A stretch of 32,000 nt of DNA from Waltera acetigignens (GCF_025567015.1 NZ_JAOQJO010000022.1:28425-60424); one strand, 5' to 3'. Positions 8,675 to 18,679 are shown, counted from the stretch's first letter. Notes: generated from the sequence alone by a model not told the origin. A program made the numbers and translations.

Positions 8675-9745
8675 TTACAACAGCTTTTCAATTTTCAGAT
8701 CCGGCTGGTCTGCCAGATTGATATATTCCTCGCCGTACTGTACTACAGGGCGGGACAATTTTTCCTTATTGATGTAAATGATTGTGACTTTTCGTCCATC
8801 GTTCAACAGACAACGGTTTTGCAGGCAGGAATTTACCACGTTTTCCAGGAAAGGAAGCAGAATGGAAACATCGTATTTCTGGAAGCCTTCCGTTTCGAAC
8901 ATTTCAATCACACAGAACGGACACAAAGGTCCTCTGTAACAGCGGGCTGCCGTCATGGCATCGTAGACATCCGCAATGGCTACCATCCGTGCATAAGGAT
9001 CGATCTGGTTCCCTTTTAATTTCGCGGGGTAACCGCTGCCGTCACTACGTTCGTGGTGCATCAGAGCTGCATTTTTCACATGCACGTCCACATCCTGAGA
9101 CTGCAGTAATTCATATCCCAGAGCAGGATGTTTTTTTACCGTGGCAAACTCTTCCTCGGACAGTCTGCCGGGCTTGGCGATGATGGAATAGGGAATCAGC
9201 ATTTTGCCGATGTCATGGAACAGACCGCAGGCAGTAGCCAGTTCCACGTCTTCTTTCGGAAGCTTCAGCCATCCCGCCAGAATATTACAGATCAGTGCCA
9301 CATTCAGACTGTGGGTATAGGTGGAATCATCGTATTCCCGCATATTTTGAAGCATATCCAGAATACTGATGCTGCCGGAATGATTCGAAACAATGGAAAG
9401 TGTGTTTTTCAGCAGAGTTTTCACATCCAGGGCTGTATTCTTCTGAACGACCAGATTCATATTTTCCCGGAAAAGTTCGACTTCATTCTCAAAATCTTCT
9501 TTAAACAGATGAAATTCCGGAGAACTTTTGATCCGTTCATAGTGGGAGGATTCCGTTTCAGAAAGATCCGATGCCGGGAGTACATCTTCGGCGAAGATTG
9601 TGAGAATACCGTACAGATCCAGCTTCGTGATGAGCTTGTCCGTGAGAACCGTGCCCTTCGGAATCAGAAGTTCATGATCCAGATTGTAGACATCTTCTGC
9701 AACAATCATTCCGGGAATCAATTGTGTGATGGATAATCTCTTCAT
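8675..9745 (-). CDS. HD-GYP domain phosphohydrolase (putative c-di-GMP phosphodiesterase)
   Basis: Motifs HSLNVA, HDIGK and [11 protein letters not shown] are present. The N-terminal region has no recognisable receiver domain. Confidence 0.9.
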   Translation of the reverse strand: MKRLSITQLIPGMIVAEDVYNLDHELLIPKGTVLTDKLITKLDLYGILTIFAEDVLPASDLSETESSHYERIKSSPEFHLFKEDFENEVELFRENMNLVVQKNTALDVKTLLKNTLSIVSNHSGSISILDMLQNMREYDDSTYTHSLNVALICNILAGWLKLPKEDVELATACGLFHDIGKMLIPYSIIAKPGRLSEEEFATVKKHPALGYELLQSQDVDVHVKNAALMHHERSDGSGYPAKLKGNQIDPYARMVAIADVYDAMTAARCYRGPLCPFCVIEMFETEGFQKYDVSILLPFLENVVNSCLQNRCLLNDGRKVTIIYINKEKLSRPVVQYGEEYINLADQPDLKIEKLL

Positions 9746-9815
9746 AGACCGTAATCCTTGTGCCTTTCGGTAACCTGAAAATCATCAGGTGCTTTCGTAA
9801 ATCTTACTTATTTCA

Positions 9816-9844
9816 ATTATAATAATTTTTCCCCGGACTGTCAA
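9816..9844 (-). promoter_or_regulatory. sigma-A promoter for the HD-GYP gene
   Basis: On the minus strand: TTGACA (9844-9839), 17-nt spacer, TATAAT (9821-9816). Confidence 0.7.
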
Positions 9845-9923
9845 TTTTCCGGGACAGAATAGATGAAGAGAGCTGTTCATAAAATTTTTACAGTCTTTTC
9901 ACGGCTCTGCAGGCACAGAAAGG

Positions 9924-9952
9924 TTGAAACATAGAGGAAAATCTGCTACAAT
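9924..9952 (+). promoter_or_regulatory. sigma-A promoter for secA
   Basis: TTGAAA (9924-9929), 17-nt spacer, TACAAT (9947-9952), about 65 nt upstream of the secA ATG. Confidence 0.65.
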
Positions 9953-10018
9953 AACCTTTGAATTATGCGAAGACCCATGGACATTTTATTGTCAAAAGGG
10001 TGCGGAAACGAGGAAAAA

Positions 10019-12586
10019 ATGAGCGTTATTGAGAAGATATTTGGCACGCACAGTTCCAGAGAACTGAAGCGTATTGAACCTCTGGTGGACAAGATCGAGG
10101 CACTTCGCCCTGCGATGCAGGCACTTTCCGATGAGGAGCTGCGGGGTAAGACCGAGGAGTACAAGAAGCGTCTGACCGAGGGAGAGACTCTGGACGATCT
10201 GCTTCCGGAGGCTTATGCAACCGTGAGAGAGGCTGCAAAGCGTGTTCTGAACATGGAACACTACAGAGTACAGCTGATCGGTGGTATCATCCTGCATCAG
10301 GGACGTATCGCAGAGATGCGTACCGGTGAAGGTAAGACTTTGGTGTCTACCCTTCCCGCTTATCTGAATGCTTTGGAAGGCAAGGGTGTCCATGTTGTTA
10401 CCGTCAATGACTATCTGGCAAAGCGTGATGCGGAGTGGATGGGTCAGGTACATGAGTTTCTGGGACTGAAGGTCGGCGTGGTACTGAACAGCATGACCTC
10501 CGAGGAGAGACAGGAAGCTTACAAGTGTGATATCACTTATGTTACCAACAACGAACTGGGATTTGATTATCTGCGTGATAACATGGTTATTTACAAGGAA
10601 CAGCTGGTTCTGCGTGGATTGCATTATGCCATCATCGATGAGGTGGACTCTGTACTGATCGATGAAGCGAGAACTCCTCTGATCATTTCCGGACAGAGCG
10701 GCAAGTCTACCGCTTTATATGAAATGTGTGATCTGCTGGCACGTCAGATGAAGCGCGGTGATGATGTACAGGAACTGACCAAGATGGACGCCATTATGGG
10801 TGTGGTACAGGAAGAGACCGGAGACTTCGTAGTCAACGAGAAGGATAAGATCATTAACCTGACCGCAGCAGGTATGGAGAAGGTTGAGAGATTCTTCCAC
10901 ATTGATAACTTCGCTGATCCCGAGAACCTGGAGATCCAGCACAACATCATTCTGGCATTACGTGCCCATAATCTGATGTTCCGTGATAAAGATTACGTGG
11001 TAAAGGATGACCAGGTACTGATTGTCGATGAATTTACCGGACGTATCATGCCGGGACGTCGTTATTCCGACGGTCTGCATCAGGCAATCGAAGCAAAAGA
11101 GCATGTAAAGGTGAAGAGAGAAAGTAAGACGCTGGCATCCATTACCTTCCAGAACTTCTTTAATCTATTCGATAAAAAGTGTGGTATGACCGGTACGGCT
11201 CTCACTGAGGAGACCGAGTTCCGTGAGATCTACGGCATGGATGTTGTTGTGATCCCTACGAACCGTCCCGTTATCCGTAAGGATCTGCAGGATGCTGTAT
11301 ACAAGACGAAGAGAGAGAAGCTGAACGCTATCGTGAATGCGGTAGAGGAAGCACACGCCACAGGACAGCCTGTACTGGTAGGTACGATCACGATCGAAGC
11401 CAGTGAGGAACTGAGCAGAATGCTGACCAAGCGCGGCATCCAGCACAAGGTACTGAATGCAAAATTCCATGAACTGGAAGCAGAGATCGTAGCCGATGCC
11501 GGTGTACACGGTGCGGTAACCATCGCTACCAACATGGCAGGCCGTGGTACGGATATCAAGCTGGATGATGAAGCGAGAGCCGCCGGCGGACTGAAGATCA
11601 TCGGTACCGAGCGTCATGAGTCCAGACGTATTGATAATCAGCTGCGTGGTCGTTCCGGACGTCAGGGAGATCCAGGTGAGTCCAAGTTCTACATCTCTCT
11701 GGAGGACGATCTGATGAGACTGTTCGGTTCCGAGCGCCTGATCAGCATGTTCAATACCTTAGGTATCCCTGAGGGACAGGAGATCGAACACAAAGCATTG
11801 ACCAATGCCATCGAATCCGCACAGAAGAAGATCGAGAGCAACAACTACGGTATCCGTAAGAATCTGTTAGAGTATGACCGTGTCATGAGTGAACAGAGAG
11901 AGATTATCTACGAGGAGCGTCTGCGGGTACTGAACGGCGAGAGCATGCGCGATGTGATCTACAAGATGATCACCGATATTACAGAGAACTGTGTAGATAT
12001 CTGTATCAATGACGACGCAGATATCTCCGACTGGGATTTCAATGAGTTAAATACCCTGCTCATTCCTACGATCCCGTTACAGCCTCTGACGCCGGAGCGT
12101 GTGAAGAAGCCCAAGAAGAATAGCTTAAAGCAGCAGTTAAAGGAAGAAGCTGTGAAGCTGTACGAAGCAAAAGAAGCCGAGTTCCCCGAACCCGAAGCGA
12201 TCCGTGAGCTGGAGCGTGTGGTTCTGCTGAAGGTCATTGACCGTAAGTGGATGGATCATATCGACGACATGGAGCAGCTGCGTCAGGGCGTGGGCTTACA
12301 GGCATACGGACAGAGAGATCCTCTGGTAGAGTACAAGATGAGCGGTTACGAGATGTTCGACGAGATGACCCAGAACATCCGTGAAGAGACCGTAAGACTT
12401 CTGTTCCACATCAAGATCGAGCAGAAGGTAGAGCGTGAGCAGCAGGCCCAGATCACCGGTACCAACAAGGATGATTCCTTACAGAAGGGACCGGTAAAGC
12501 GTGAAAATGCAAAGGTATATCCCAATGATCCCTGTCCTTGCGGCAGCGGCAAAAAATACAAGAACTGCTGCGGACGGAAAGCCTGA
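10019..12586 (+). CDS. secA: preprotein translocase ATPase SecA
   Basis: Canonical N-terminus (IFG..S.RELKR), Walker [41 protein letters not shown], and the C-terminal zinc finger [14 protein letters not shown]. The start at ATG 10019 follows GAGGA. The in-frame upstream ATG at 9965 lacks an RBS. Confidence 0.95.
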   Translation: MSVIEKIFGTHSSRELKRIEPLVDKIEALRPAMQALSDEELRGKTEEYKKRLTEGETLDDLLPEAYATVREAAKRVLNMEHYRVQLIGGIILHQGRIAEMRTGEGKTLVSTLPAYLNALEGKGVHVVTVNDYLAKRDAEWMGQVHEFLGLKVGVVLNSMTSEERQEAYKCDITYVTNNELGFDYLRDNMVIYKEQLVLRGLHYAIIDEVDSVLIDEARTPLIISGQSGKSTALYEMCDLLARQMKRGDDVQELTKMDAIMGVVQEETGDFVVNEKDKIINLTAAGMEKVERFFHIDNFADPENLEIQHNIILALRAHNLMFRDKDYVVKDDQVLIVDEFTGRIMPGRRYSDGLHQAIEAKEHVKVKRESKTLASITFQNFFNLFDKKCGMTGTALTEETEFREIYGMDVVVIPTNRPVIRKDLQDAVYKTKREKLNAIVNAVEEAHATGQPVLVGTITIEASEELSRMLTKRGIQHKVLNAKFHELEAEIVADAGVHGAVTIATNMAGRGTDIKLDDEARAAGGLKIIGTERHESRRIDNQLRGRSGRQGDPGESKFYISLEDDLMRLFGSERLISMFNTLGIPEGQEIEHKALTNAIESAQKKIESNNYGIRKNLLEYDRVMSEQREIIYEERLRVLNGESMRDVIYKMITDITENCVDICINDDADISDWDFNELNTLLIPTIPLQPLTPERVKKPKKNSLKQQLKEEAVKLYEAKEAEFPEPEAIRELERVVLLKVIDRKWMDHIDDMEQLRQGVGLQAYGQRDPLVEYKMSGYEMFDEMTQNIREETVRLLFHIKIEQKVEREQQAQITGTNKDDSLQKGPVKRENAKVYPNDPCPCGSGKKYKNCCGRKA

Positions 12587-12606
12587 TGCTTTCTGACAAC
12601 AGTCGG

Positions 12607-12634
12607 AAGATAGTGCGGCAGCACGGAACAATCC
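12607..12634 (+). repeat. possible partial copy (tail module) of the 8521/18606 repeat family
   Basis: agcacggaacaatc (12620-12633) is identical to 18666-18679, and the flanks are similar (cggaag...tgcg). The match is short, so chance cannot be excluded. Confidence 0.35.
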
Positions 12635-12639
12635 TACCC

Positions 12640-12690
12640 AAGGTCTTTCACCCACCTATGAGCAAGCTCATGTGGGCTTAGACCTTTTGA
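12640..12690 (+). terminator. long imperfect hairpin between secA and prfB (terminator or attenuator)
   Basis: aaggtct (12640-12646) pairs with agacctt (12680-12686). Inner helices are cacccac/gtggg and atgagc/gctcat. The 3' arm runs into TTTT. Confidence 0.5.
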
Positions 12691-12736
12691 TCCTGGCATC
12701 ATTAAAATAATAGAATAAGAAAGTGGGTGACGTTAA

Positions 12737-13868
12737 GTGGTTGAATTAGATCAGATGAAGACAGAAATCCTGTCCTACGAAACACCTTTAGCGGAAGTGA
12801 GGGATTCACTTTGACCTTGCTAACAAGGCAAAGCGGATCGAAGAAATGGAACGTGAGATGGAGGCTCCCGGATTCTGGGATGACCCGGAGCGTTCCAATC
12901 AGAAAATGAAAGAACTGAAGAACCTGAAGGATACTGTGGGAGAGTGCGACAAGCTTTCGACACAGTTCGATGACATCCTGACCTTGATCGATATGGGATA
13001 TGAGGAAAACGATGCGTCTCTGATCCCTGAGATCCGTGAGGAGCTGGATGAATTCATCAGGGAATTCGACGAACTCAGGATCGGTACATTATTATCCGGA
13101 GAATATGACAAAAACAATGCGATCTTAAAGCTCAATGCCGGTGCCGGAGGTACCGAGAGCTGTGACTGGTGCGGCATGCTGTATCGTATGTATACCCGCT
13201 GGGCGGAGCGCAAGGGCTTTGCCATCGAAGTACTGGACTATCTGGATGGTGACGAAGCAGGTATCAAGTCAGTGACTTTTCAGGTCAACGGCCTGAATGC
13301 CTACGGCTACCTGAAATCCGAGAAGGGAGTACACCGTCTGGTGCGTATTTCCCCTTTCAATGCTCAGGGAAAACGTCAGACTTCCTTTGTATCGCTGGAT
13401 GTTATGCCGGATATCGAGGGCGATCTGGATGTGGATATTGATGAGAAGGATCTGCGCATCGACACCTACCGAAGCAGCGGTGCCGGTGGCCAGCATATCA
13501 ACAAGACCTCCTCTGCCATTCGTATCACCCATATTCCTACGGGAACCGTGGTACAATGTCAGAATGAGCGAAGCCAGTTCCAGAACAAGGATAAGGCAAT
13601 GCAGATGCTGAAAGCCAAGCTGTATCTGTTAAAGCAGGAAGCAAATGCCGAGAAGCTGTCTGATATCCGCGGTGAGGTCAAGGAGATTGGCTGGGGTAAC
13701 CAGATCCGCTCCTATGTATTACAGCCTTACACACTGGTCAAGGATCATCGTACCGATGTGGAGACCGGTAATGTGGACGCAGTACTGGACGGCGGACTGG
13801 ATATCTTCATCAATGGCTATCTGAAATGGATCAGCGTGCAGGGAGATAAGAAGAACACAGAGAATTAA
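12737..13868 (+). CDS. prfB: peptide chain release factor 2, requiring a +1 programmed ribosomal frameshift: join(12737..12811,12813..13868)
   Basis: Frame 0 (GTG 12737) encodes VVELDQMKTEILSYETPLAEVRDSL and then an in-frame TGA (12812-12814). The +1 frame continues DLANKAKRIEEMEREMEAPGFWDD... and carries the RF2 SPF (RISPFNAQ) and GGQ (SGAGGQHINKT) motifs. Confidence 0.93.
12799..12815 (+). promoter_or_regulatory. prfB autoregulatory +1 frameshift site
   Basis: An internal SD-like GAGGG (12799-12803) is followed by 5 nt and then the slippery CTT TGA C (12809-12815), the conserved RF2 recoding signal. Confidence 0.9.
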
Positions 13869-13889
13869 CAAATTCAAGTTTGTAAATGA

Positions 13890-13933
13890 CACATTCCAGA
13901 AGGAGTGAAAGCTTTCTGGAATGTGATTTTTTA
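13890..13933 (+). terminator. Rho-independent terminator after prfB
   Basis: A 12-bp stem (cacattccagaa / ttctggaatgtg) is followed by ATTTTTTA. Confidence 0.85.
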
Positions 13934-13951
13934 TAAGGGAGAAAATTACAT

Positions 13952-14689
13952 ATGAGAAACGAAAACAAAGAGACAAACCAGGGCAAAAAAGCGATAGGAG
14001 AGTCCATGGGCAGCAGAATTGTGCTTGCCCTGATCGTTGTGGCTGTGATAGTTACGGCGGCAAAAGTGATCCCTTTGGTCCGGAATCGGGTACAGACTTC
14101 CCAATATCCGGTGATCGAGCTGGCAGATCTGCAGGGAATGGAACTGGAGAGCTTAAGTGATGGAAAGTTCAGTTTCAGCTATCCGGCAGAAGACTGGGAA
14201 GTGTGGGAGCAGGTGACGACGGATTATCACCCGCTTACGATCTTCTATAAAGGGACAGCGGATGACGGCTCCACAAGTATCTCGGTGGCGGAGAATGACA
14301 CCGTGGTCACACAGTTGAAACCGGAACTTCTGCAGGTAATGTTGGATGGCTTAAAAGAACAGGCTCCTTATATGGTGATAAAGGAAAGTGAAATGCGCAG
14401 TATGGAAGGTACACCGGTGTTCTATCTGGAGGACAATATGTCACTGACCCAGGAAGGACTGGATATGATGGTAGATACCGGCGCGTGGACAGAGGAAACG
14501 ATAGAAGCCATGGGCGGCCGTGAGGCACTTTTAAGTAACAATATTGCTTCGGACCAGATTCAGATCTATCAGTTGAAAAATGGAAAAATTTATGTGTATA
14601 CCGGAAATTATACGGATGATGCGCAGAAAGATATGGTACTGGACACCATCACGGTGATAGCACAGACAATAAAGAGCACAGGCAATTAA
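13952..14689 (+). CDS. hypothetical membrane-anchored protein (single N-terminal TM, extracytoplasmic domain)
   Basis: 245-aa ORF with coding-like composition and a hydrophobic segment (IVLALIVVAVIVTAAKVI). I recognise no family. The start is uncertain (ATG 13952 or 14006). Confidence 0.6.
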   Translation: MRNENKETNQGKKAIGESMGSRIVLALIVVAVIVTAAKVIPLVRNRVQTSQYPVIELADLQGMELESLSDGKFSFSYPAEDWEVWEQVTTDYHPLTIFYKGTADDGSTSISVAENDTVVTQLKPELLQVMLDGLKEQAPYMVIKESEMRSMEGTPVFYLEDNMSLTQEGLDMMVDTGAWTEETIEAMGGREALLSNNIASDQIQIYQLKNGKIYVYTGNYTDDAQKDMVLDTITVIAQTIKSTGN

Positions 14690-15456
14690 TGCCTGTGCTC
14701 GTTCTGCATCAGATCCAGAAAATATAAGGTCTGGGTCATGTTCATATATGGCACCAGCCACAGAGTTCCGATACCGAAGCTCAGCAAACACAGAAATCCC
14801 AGCGGCAGGAAACTCATTTGTAAGCAGAACAGCTCCCATTTATGTCCTTTCATAATACGGAAGCTTAATTTCATCAGCTCCATAGCGCTATACTGGGGAA
14901 AATCCAACAGTAAATAGTAAGCCTGGGATAAACCAAGGGATAACGGAATATAGATACACATACCGATGACCATAAGCACAATGCACAGGATTGCCATAGT
15001 TATGGCGTCGAAGCCTTTCCCTGACCGCAGGAGAAAATAGCAGATATCAAACGGAAGTGTACATGCCGTATTCAGCAGGATCAGTACTGCGGAGATCCCG
15101 AGCGATTTTTTGAATAAGTATTTGAAGCCGTAGAACAGATTGGCAGTTACAGCAGGTCTGCTGCAGGCAGTATTCAGATAAAATAATGTGATGCCGGTCT
15201 GAAATACTCCGGTGAAAATCGACAATAAAGTCGTACAGGCTGTCAAAAGCAGATATTCCGCCAGAGATGTCTCTGCGCTTCCCCCCATAAGTGTCCGTAC
15301 GGTAAGGATCATAGTGAAGGGCATGCTGACGGCAAAGGAGAGGGAAAATACGATCAGACTCCGGCAGATGGACAGCAGGATGGCATTGCCGTAATGCCCT
15401 GCCATCTGATCTCTGGCTTTTTCTTTGAGTTGGGCTCTGGATGCATATTGTATCAT
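14686..15456 (-). CDS. DUF975-family integral membrane protein
   Basis: The N-terminus (ASRAQLKEKARDQMAGHYGNAILL) followed by about 5 TM helices is typical of DUF975. RBS AGAGGA is present. Confidence 0.7.
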   Translation of the reverse strand: MIQYASRAQLKEKARDQMAGHYGNAILLSICRSLIVFSLSFAVSMPFTMILTVRTLMGGSAETSLAEYLLLTACTTLLSIFTGVFQTGITLFYLNTACSRPAVTANLFYGFKYLFKKSLGISAVLILLNTACTLPFDICYFLLRSGKGFDAITMAILCIVLMVIGMCIYIPLSLGLSQAYYLLLDFPQYSAMELMKLSFRIMKGHKWELFCLQMSFLPLGFLCLLSFGIGTLWLVPYMNMTQTLYFLDLMQNEHRH

Positions 15457-15559
15457 AGAAATCCTCTTTTCTTTTTATTATTGCGTTCTATTGGTTATTC
15501 CGGCTGCTCCGGGTTTTGATTTCGTAACCGCAGAATGCATCGGAAAACATAGGCATGTC

Positions 15560-15940
15560 TTACAGGTAAGATTGCCAGAATTCTTCCATATCGACACCGT
15601 ACATCTGCTGGTACATCTGATCCAGCATATTCCTATAAGAAGGATCGGTAAATACCGTGACAATGCTGCTGATCGTGATGAAGATACCGAGTGCCAGTCC
15701 CACACAGGACAGCCAGATCCCGGCAACACACATATTGTTCATGCGTTGCCCTCTTTTCCGGGTGAGCAATGCAAAGAGAATGCCCAGAGCACCGGTGGGA
15801 ATGGACAGCAGTCCCGTGCAGCATAATACCAGGGAACAGATGCCGCAGACCATAGAAGCGATCGACAAACCCCTGTATTTCGGATCGATCTGTGGTATAT
15901 TTTGATTCATTTCGTTATTCTGATTCTGATAATAATCCAT
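15560..15940 (-). CDS. small membrane protein, DUF4190-like (N/Q-rich N-terminus, two TM helices)
   Basis: Sequence MDYYQNQNNEMNQ... with a GLSIASMVCGICSLVLCC..G segment. The start at ATG 15940 has GAGG 6 nt upstream. The longer track ORF (to 16111) overlaps the tex promoter and lacks an RBS. Confidence 0.6.
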   Translation of the reverse strand: MDYYQNQNNEMNQNIPQIDPKYRGLSIASMVCGICSLVLCCTGLLSIPTGALGILFALLTRKRGQRMNNMCVAGIWLSCVGLALGIFITISSIVTVFTDPSYRNMLDQMYQQMYGVDMEEFWQSYL

Positions 15941-16047
15941 AGAAAGCCTCATTTCCGGGCGGCATATGGTGAATTTGTCTGCCGCGCTTATATTAAGTAC
16001 TGTACCATCTTTTCCTGTAATAAGCAAATGAAATAAGAATGAAAAGA

Positions 16048-16076
16048 TTGAGAAAACTTCCGATTTCCAGTATAAT
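16048..16076 (+). promoter_or_regulatory. sigma-A promoter for tex
   Basis: TTGAGA (16048-16053), 17-nt spacer, TATAAT (16071-16076). Confidence 0.65.
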
Positions 16077-16122
16077 ATACCCATGCGCAAAACAAAATGG
16101 CAACAGGCCATCAGGAGGAACT

Positions 16123-18531
16123 ATGGATATTATACAGAAAATCAAAGAAGAACTTCAGGTAGAAAAATGGCAGGTGGAAGCAGCGGTGAAGCTGATCGAT
16201 GAGGGAAATACCATCCCTTTCATCTCACGTTACCGTAAGGAGGCCACCGGATCTCTGAACGACGAGCAGCTGCGTAATCTCGATGAGAGACTGACCTATC
16301 TGAGAAGTCTGGAAGATAAAAAGGAGCAGGTGTTGAAGAGCATCGAGGAACAGGGAAAACTTACCGATGAGTTAAAGGAGAAGATCCTGGCAGCCCAGAC
16401 GCTGGTAGTAGTAGAGGATCTGTACCGCCCCTATCGTCCCAAGAGAAAGACCCGTGCCAGTATTGCAAAGGAGAAGGGGCTGGAACCTCTGGCAGAATAC
16501 ATTCTGCGCCAGGAGGCAACAGAACCGGTGCTTAACGAGGCAGCAAAGTATGTTTCCGAAGAAAAAGAAGTAAAGACTCCGGAGGAAGCATTGCAGGGAG
16601 CACAGGATATTATTGCCGAGATGATCTCCGACGATGCGGATCATCGTCTTTACATCCGCAATATCACCGTAGAGGAAGGCATTGTGACCGGTACGGCGAA
16701 GGATGAGAAGGCTCAGAGTGTCTACGAGATGTATTACAATTTCGAAGAGCCTGTGAAGAAGATCGCAGGTCACAGAGTATTGGCATTGAACCGCGGAGAG
16801 GCAGAAAAAGTACTGACTGTTAAAGTCAATGCACCGGAGGAACGTATTCTGCGTTATCTGGAGAAAAAGCTGATCACGAAGGAAAATGAATATACTACAC
16901 CGGTAATCTGTGCCGCAGTGGAAGACAGCTACGATCGTTTAATAGCACCCGCTATTGAAAGAGAGATCCGTAACGATCTGACAGAAAAGGCAGAGGACGG
17001 AGCGATCAATGTCTTCGGTAAAAACTTAGAGCAGCTGTTGCTGCAGCCTCCTATCGCAGGCAAAGTGGTCTTAGGCTGGGATCCGGCATTCCGTACCGGA
17101 TGTAAGCTGGCGGTAGTGGATGCTACCGGAAAAGTGCTGGATACGAAAGTGATCTTCCCTACAGCACCGCAGAATAAGGTGGAGGAGTCCAAAGCTGAAC
17201 TGAAGAAACTGATCAAAAAATATAATGTGGATTTAATTTCCGTAGGAAACGGTACAGCCTCCAGAGAGTCCGAGCAGGTAATCGTAGAACTGTTGAAGGA
17301 ACTGGATCGTCCGGTACAGTATGTGATCGTCAACGAGGCAGGTGCTTCCGTATACTCCGCAAGTAAGCTGGCGACAGAAGAGTTTCCCAATTTTGACGTG
17401 GGACAGCGAAGTGCTGCATCCATCGCCAGAAGATTACAGGATCCCCTGGCAGAGCTGGTGAAGATCGATCCCAAGTCCATCGGTGTCGGCCAGTATCAGC
17501 ACGACATGAACCAGAAGAAATTAAGCGATGCCTTAAGCGGCGTGGTGGAGGACAGTGTAAACAAGGTCGGTGTGGATCTGAATACTGCGTCCGCATCCCT
17601 TCTGGAATATGTCTCCGGCATTAACAAGACTATTGCGAAGAATATTGTAGATTACAGAGAAAATAACGGGCGTTTTGTAAGCAGAAAGCAGTTGTTAAAG
17701 GTGCCGAAGCTGGGACCTAAGGCATATGAGCAGTGTGCCGGTTTCTTACGGATCCCGGATGGTAAGAATCCTCTGGATGCCACCAGCGTTCATCCCGAAT
17801 CCTACGAAGCAGCGGAGCAGCTGATGGCGAAGCTGGGACTGACAATGGAGGACATTAAGGAAGCCCAGAAACAGGCGGCAGTTAAGAAAGCTTCCGGCAA
17901 GAGCGGGGCACAGGCTTCCGGACAGAAGAACGGCAGTAATGCAGCCAATACGGCAAAGAAACGGGAAGAGCAGAAAGGTAAGACCGTAAGAGTGCATAAT
18001 ACCAATACCGCTATGGGCAAGGCTCTGGCAGCGGCCATGGGTGGTGTGAGCTTTGATAATTCTGCAGAAACTTCTACAAAGAAAAATGCACCGGCAGTAC
18101 AGAATGCATCAAATGATGCAAAAGATATTTCCGGACTGGAAAAGCGTATTAAGAATAAGAAACTGCTGGCAGAAGAGCTGGGAATCGGCGAGATCACGCT
18201 GACAGATATCCTGAAGGAACTGGAGAAGCCGGGCAGAGATCCCAGAGACGATATGCCGAAGCCGATCCTGCGCAGTGATGTTCTGGATATGAAGGATTTA
18301 AAGCCCGGCATGATTCTGAAAGGAACCGTGCGTAATGTCATTGACTTTGGTGTGTTCGTGGATATCGGTGTCCATCAGGACGGACTGGTGCACATCTCCC
18401 AGATCACCGACCGCTATATCAAGCATCCGCTGGAAGCTGTCAGCGTCGGAGATATTGTGGATGTGCAGGTATTGACTGTGGATGTGGCGAAGAAACGTAT
18501 CGGTCTGACCATGAAGATCCAGAAGCAGTAA
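16123..18531 (+). CDS. tex: Tex-like transcription accessory protein (S1 RNA-binding domain protein)
   Basis: N-terminal Tex signature (TIPFISRYRKEATGSLNDEQL), a YqgF/RuvX-like core, an HhH region, and a C-terminal S1 domain (GTVRNVIDFGVFVDIGVHQDGLVHISQ). RBS AGGAGG (16113-16118) precedes the ATG at 16123. Confidence 0.92.
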   Translation: MDIIQKIKEELQVEKWQVEAAVKLIDEGNTIPFISRYRKEATGSLNDEQLRNLDERLTYLRSLEDKKEQVLKSIEEQGKLTDELKEKILAAQTLVVVEDLYRPYRPKRKTRASIAKEKGLEPLAEYILRQEATEPVLNEAAKYVSEEKEVKTPEEALQGAQDIIAEMISDDADHRLYIRNITVEEGIVTGTAKDEKAQSVYEMYYNFEEPVKKIAGHRVLALNRGEAEKVLTVKVNAPEERILRYLEKKLITKENEYTTPVICAAVEDSYDRLIAPAIEREIRNDLTEKAEDGAINVFGKNLEQLLLQPPIAGKVVLGWDPAFRTGCKLAVVDATGKVLDTKVIFPTAPQNKVEESKAELKKLIKKYNVDLISVGNGTASRESEQVIVELLKELDRPVQYVIVNEAGASVYSASKLATEEFPNFDVGQRSAASIARRLQDPLAELVKIDPKSIGVGQYQHDMNQKKLSDALSGVVEDSVNKVGVDLNTASASLLEYVSGINKTIAKNIVDYRENNGRFVSRKQLLKVPKLGPKAYEQCAGFLRIPDGKNPLDATSVHPESYEAAEQLMAKLGLTMEDIKEAQKQAAVKKASGKSGAQASGQKNGSNAANTAKKREEQKGKTVRVHNTNTAMGKALAAAMGGVSFDNSAETSTKKNAPAVQNASNDAKDISGLEKRIKNKKLLAEELGIGEITLTDILKELEKPGRDPRDDMPKPILRSDVLDMKDLKPGMILKGTVRNVIDFGVFVDIGVHQDGLVHISQITDRYIKHPLEAVSVGDIVDVQVLTVDVAKKRIGLTMKIQKQ

Positions 18532-18605
18532 TGTTATGACCCGCCCCGATATGAGCATAAAAGTGGGATGATAATCCCACGATATGCGAATAGAGGGCAG
18601 GGTGC

Positions 18606-18679
18606 TATGTGCCAGTGGCACATGTTTAGCACGGACCGAAGCGGAGCGGAGAAGTGGGAATGCGTAGCACGGAACAATC
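18606..18679 (+). repeat. intergenic repeat, copy B (same family as 8521-8595)
   Basis: The 38-nt core is identical to the reverse complement of 8558-8595. It begins with the palindrome atgtgcca-g-tggcacat. The motif tagcacgga occurs twice within the element. Confidence 0.9.

Noticed and set aside
9965-10018. An in-frame upstream extension of secA ([18 protein letters not shown]).
   Set aside because: It begins only about 5-13 nt downstream of the predicted -10, so it would be essentially leaderless. It is not part of the conserved SecA N-terminus, and the ATG at 10019 has its own GAGGA.
15528-15541. An exact 14-nt match, ccgcagaatgcatc, between 15528-15541 and 19719-19732 (the latter inside the FMN riboswitch).
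   Set aside because: The flanks do not align, and a few 14-mers shared by chance are expected in 32 kb when both strands are considered. I treat it as coincidence, and it also serves as a caution for the 12620-12633 match.
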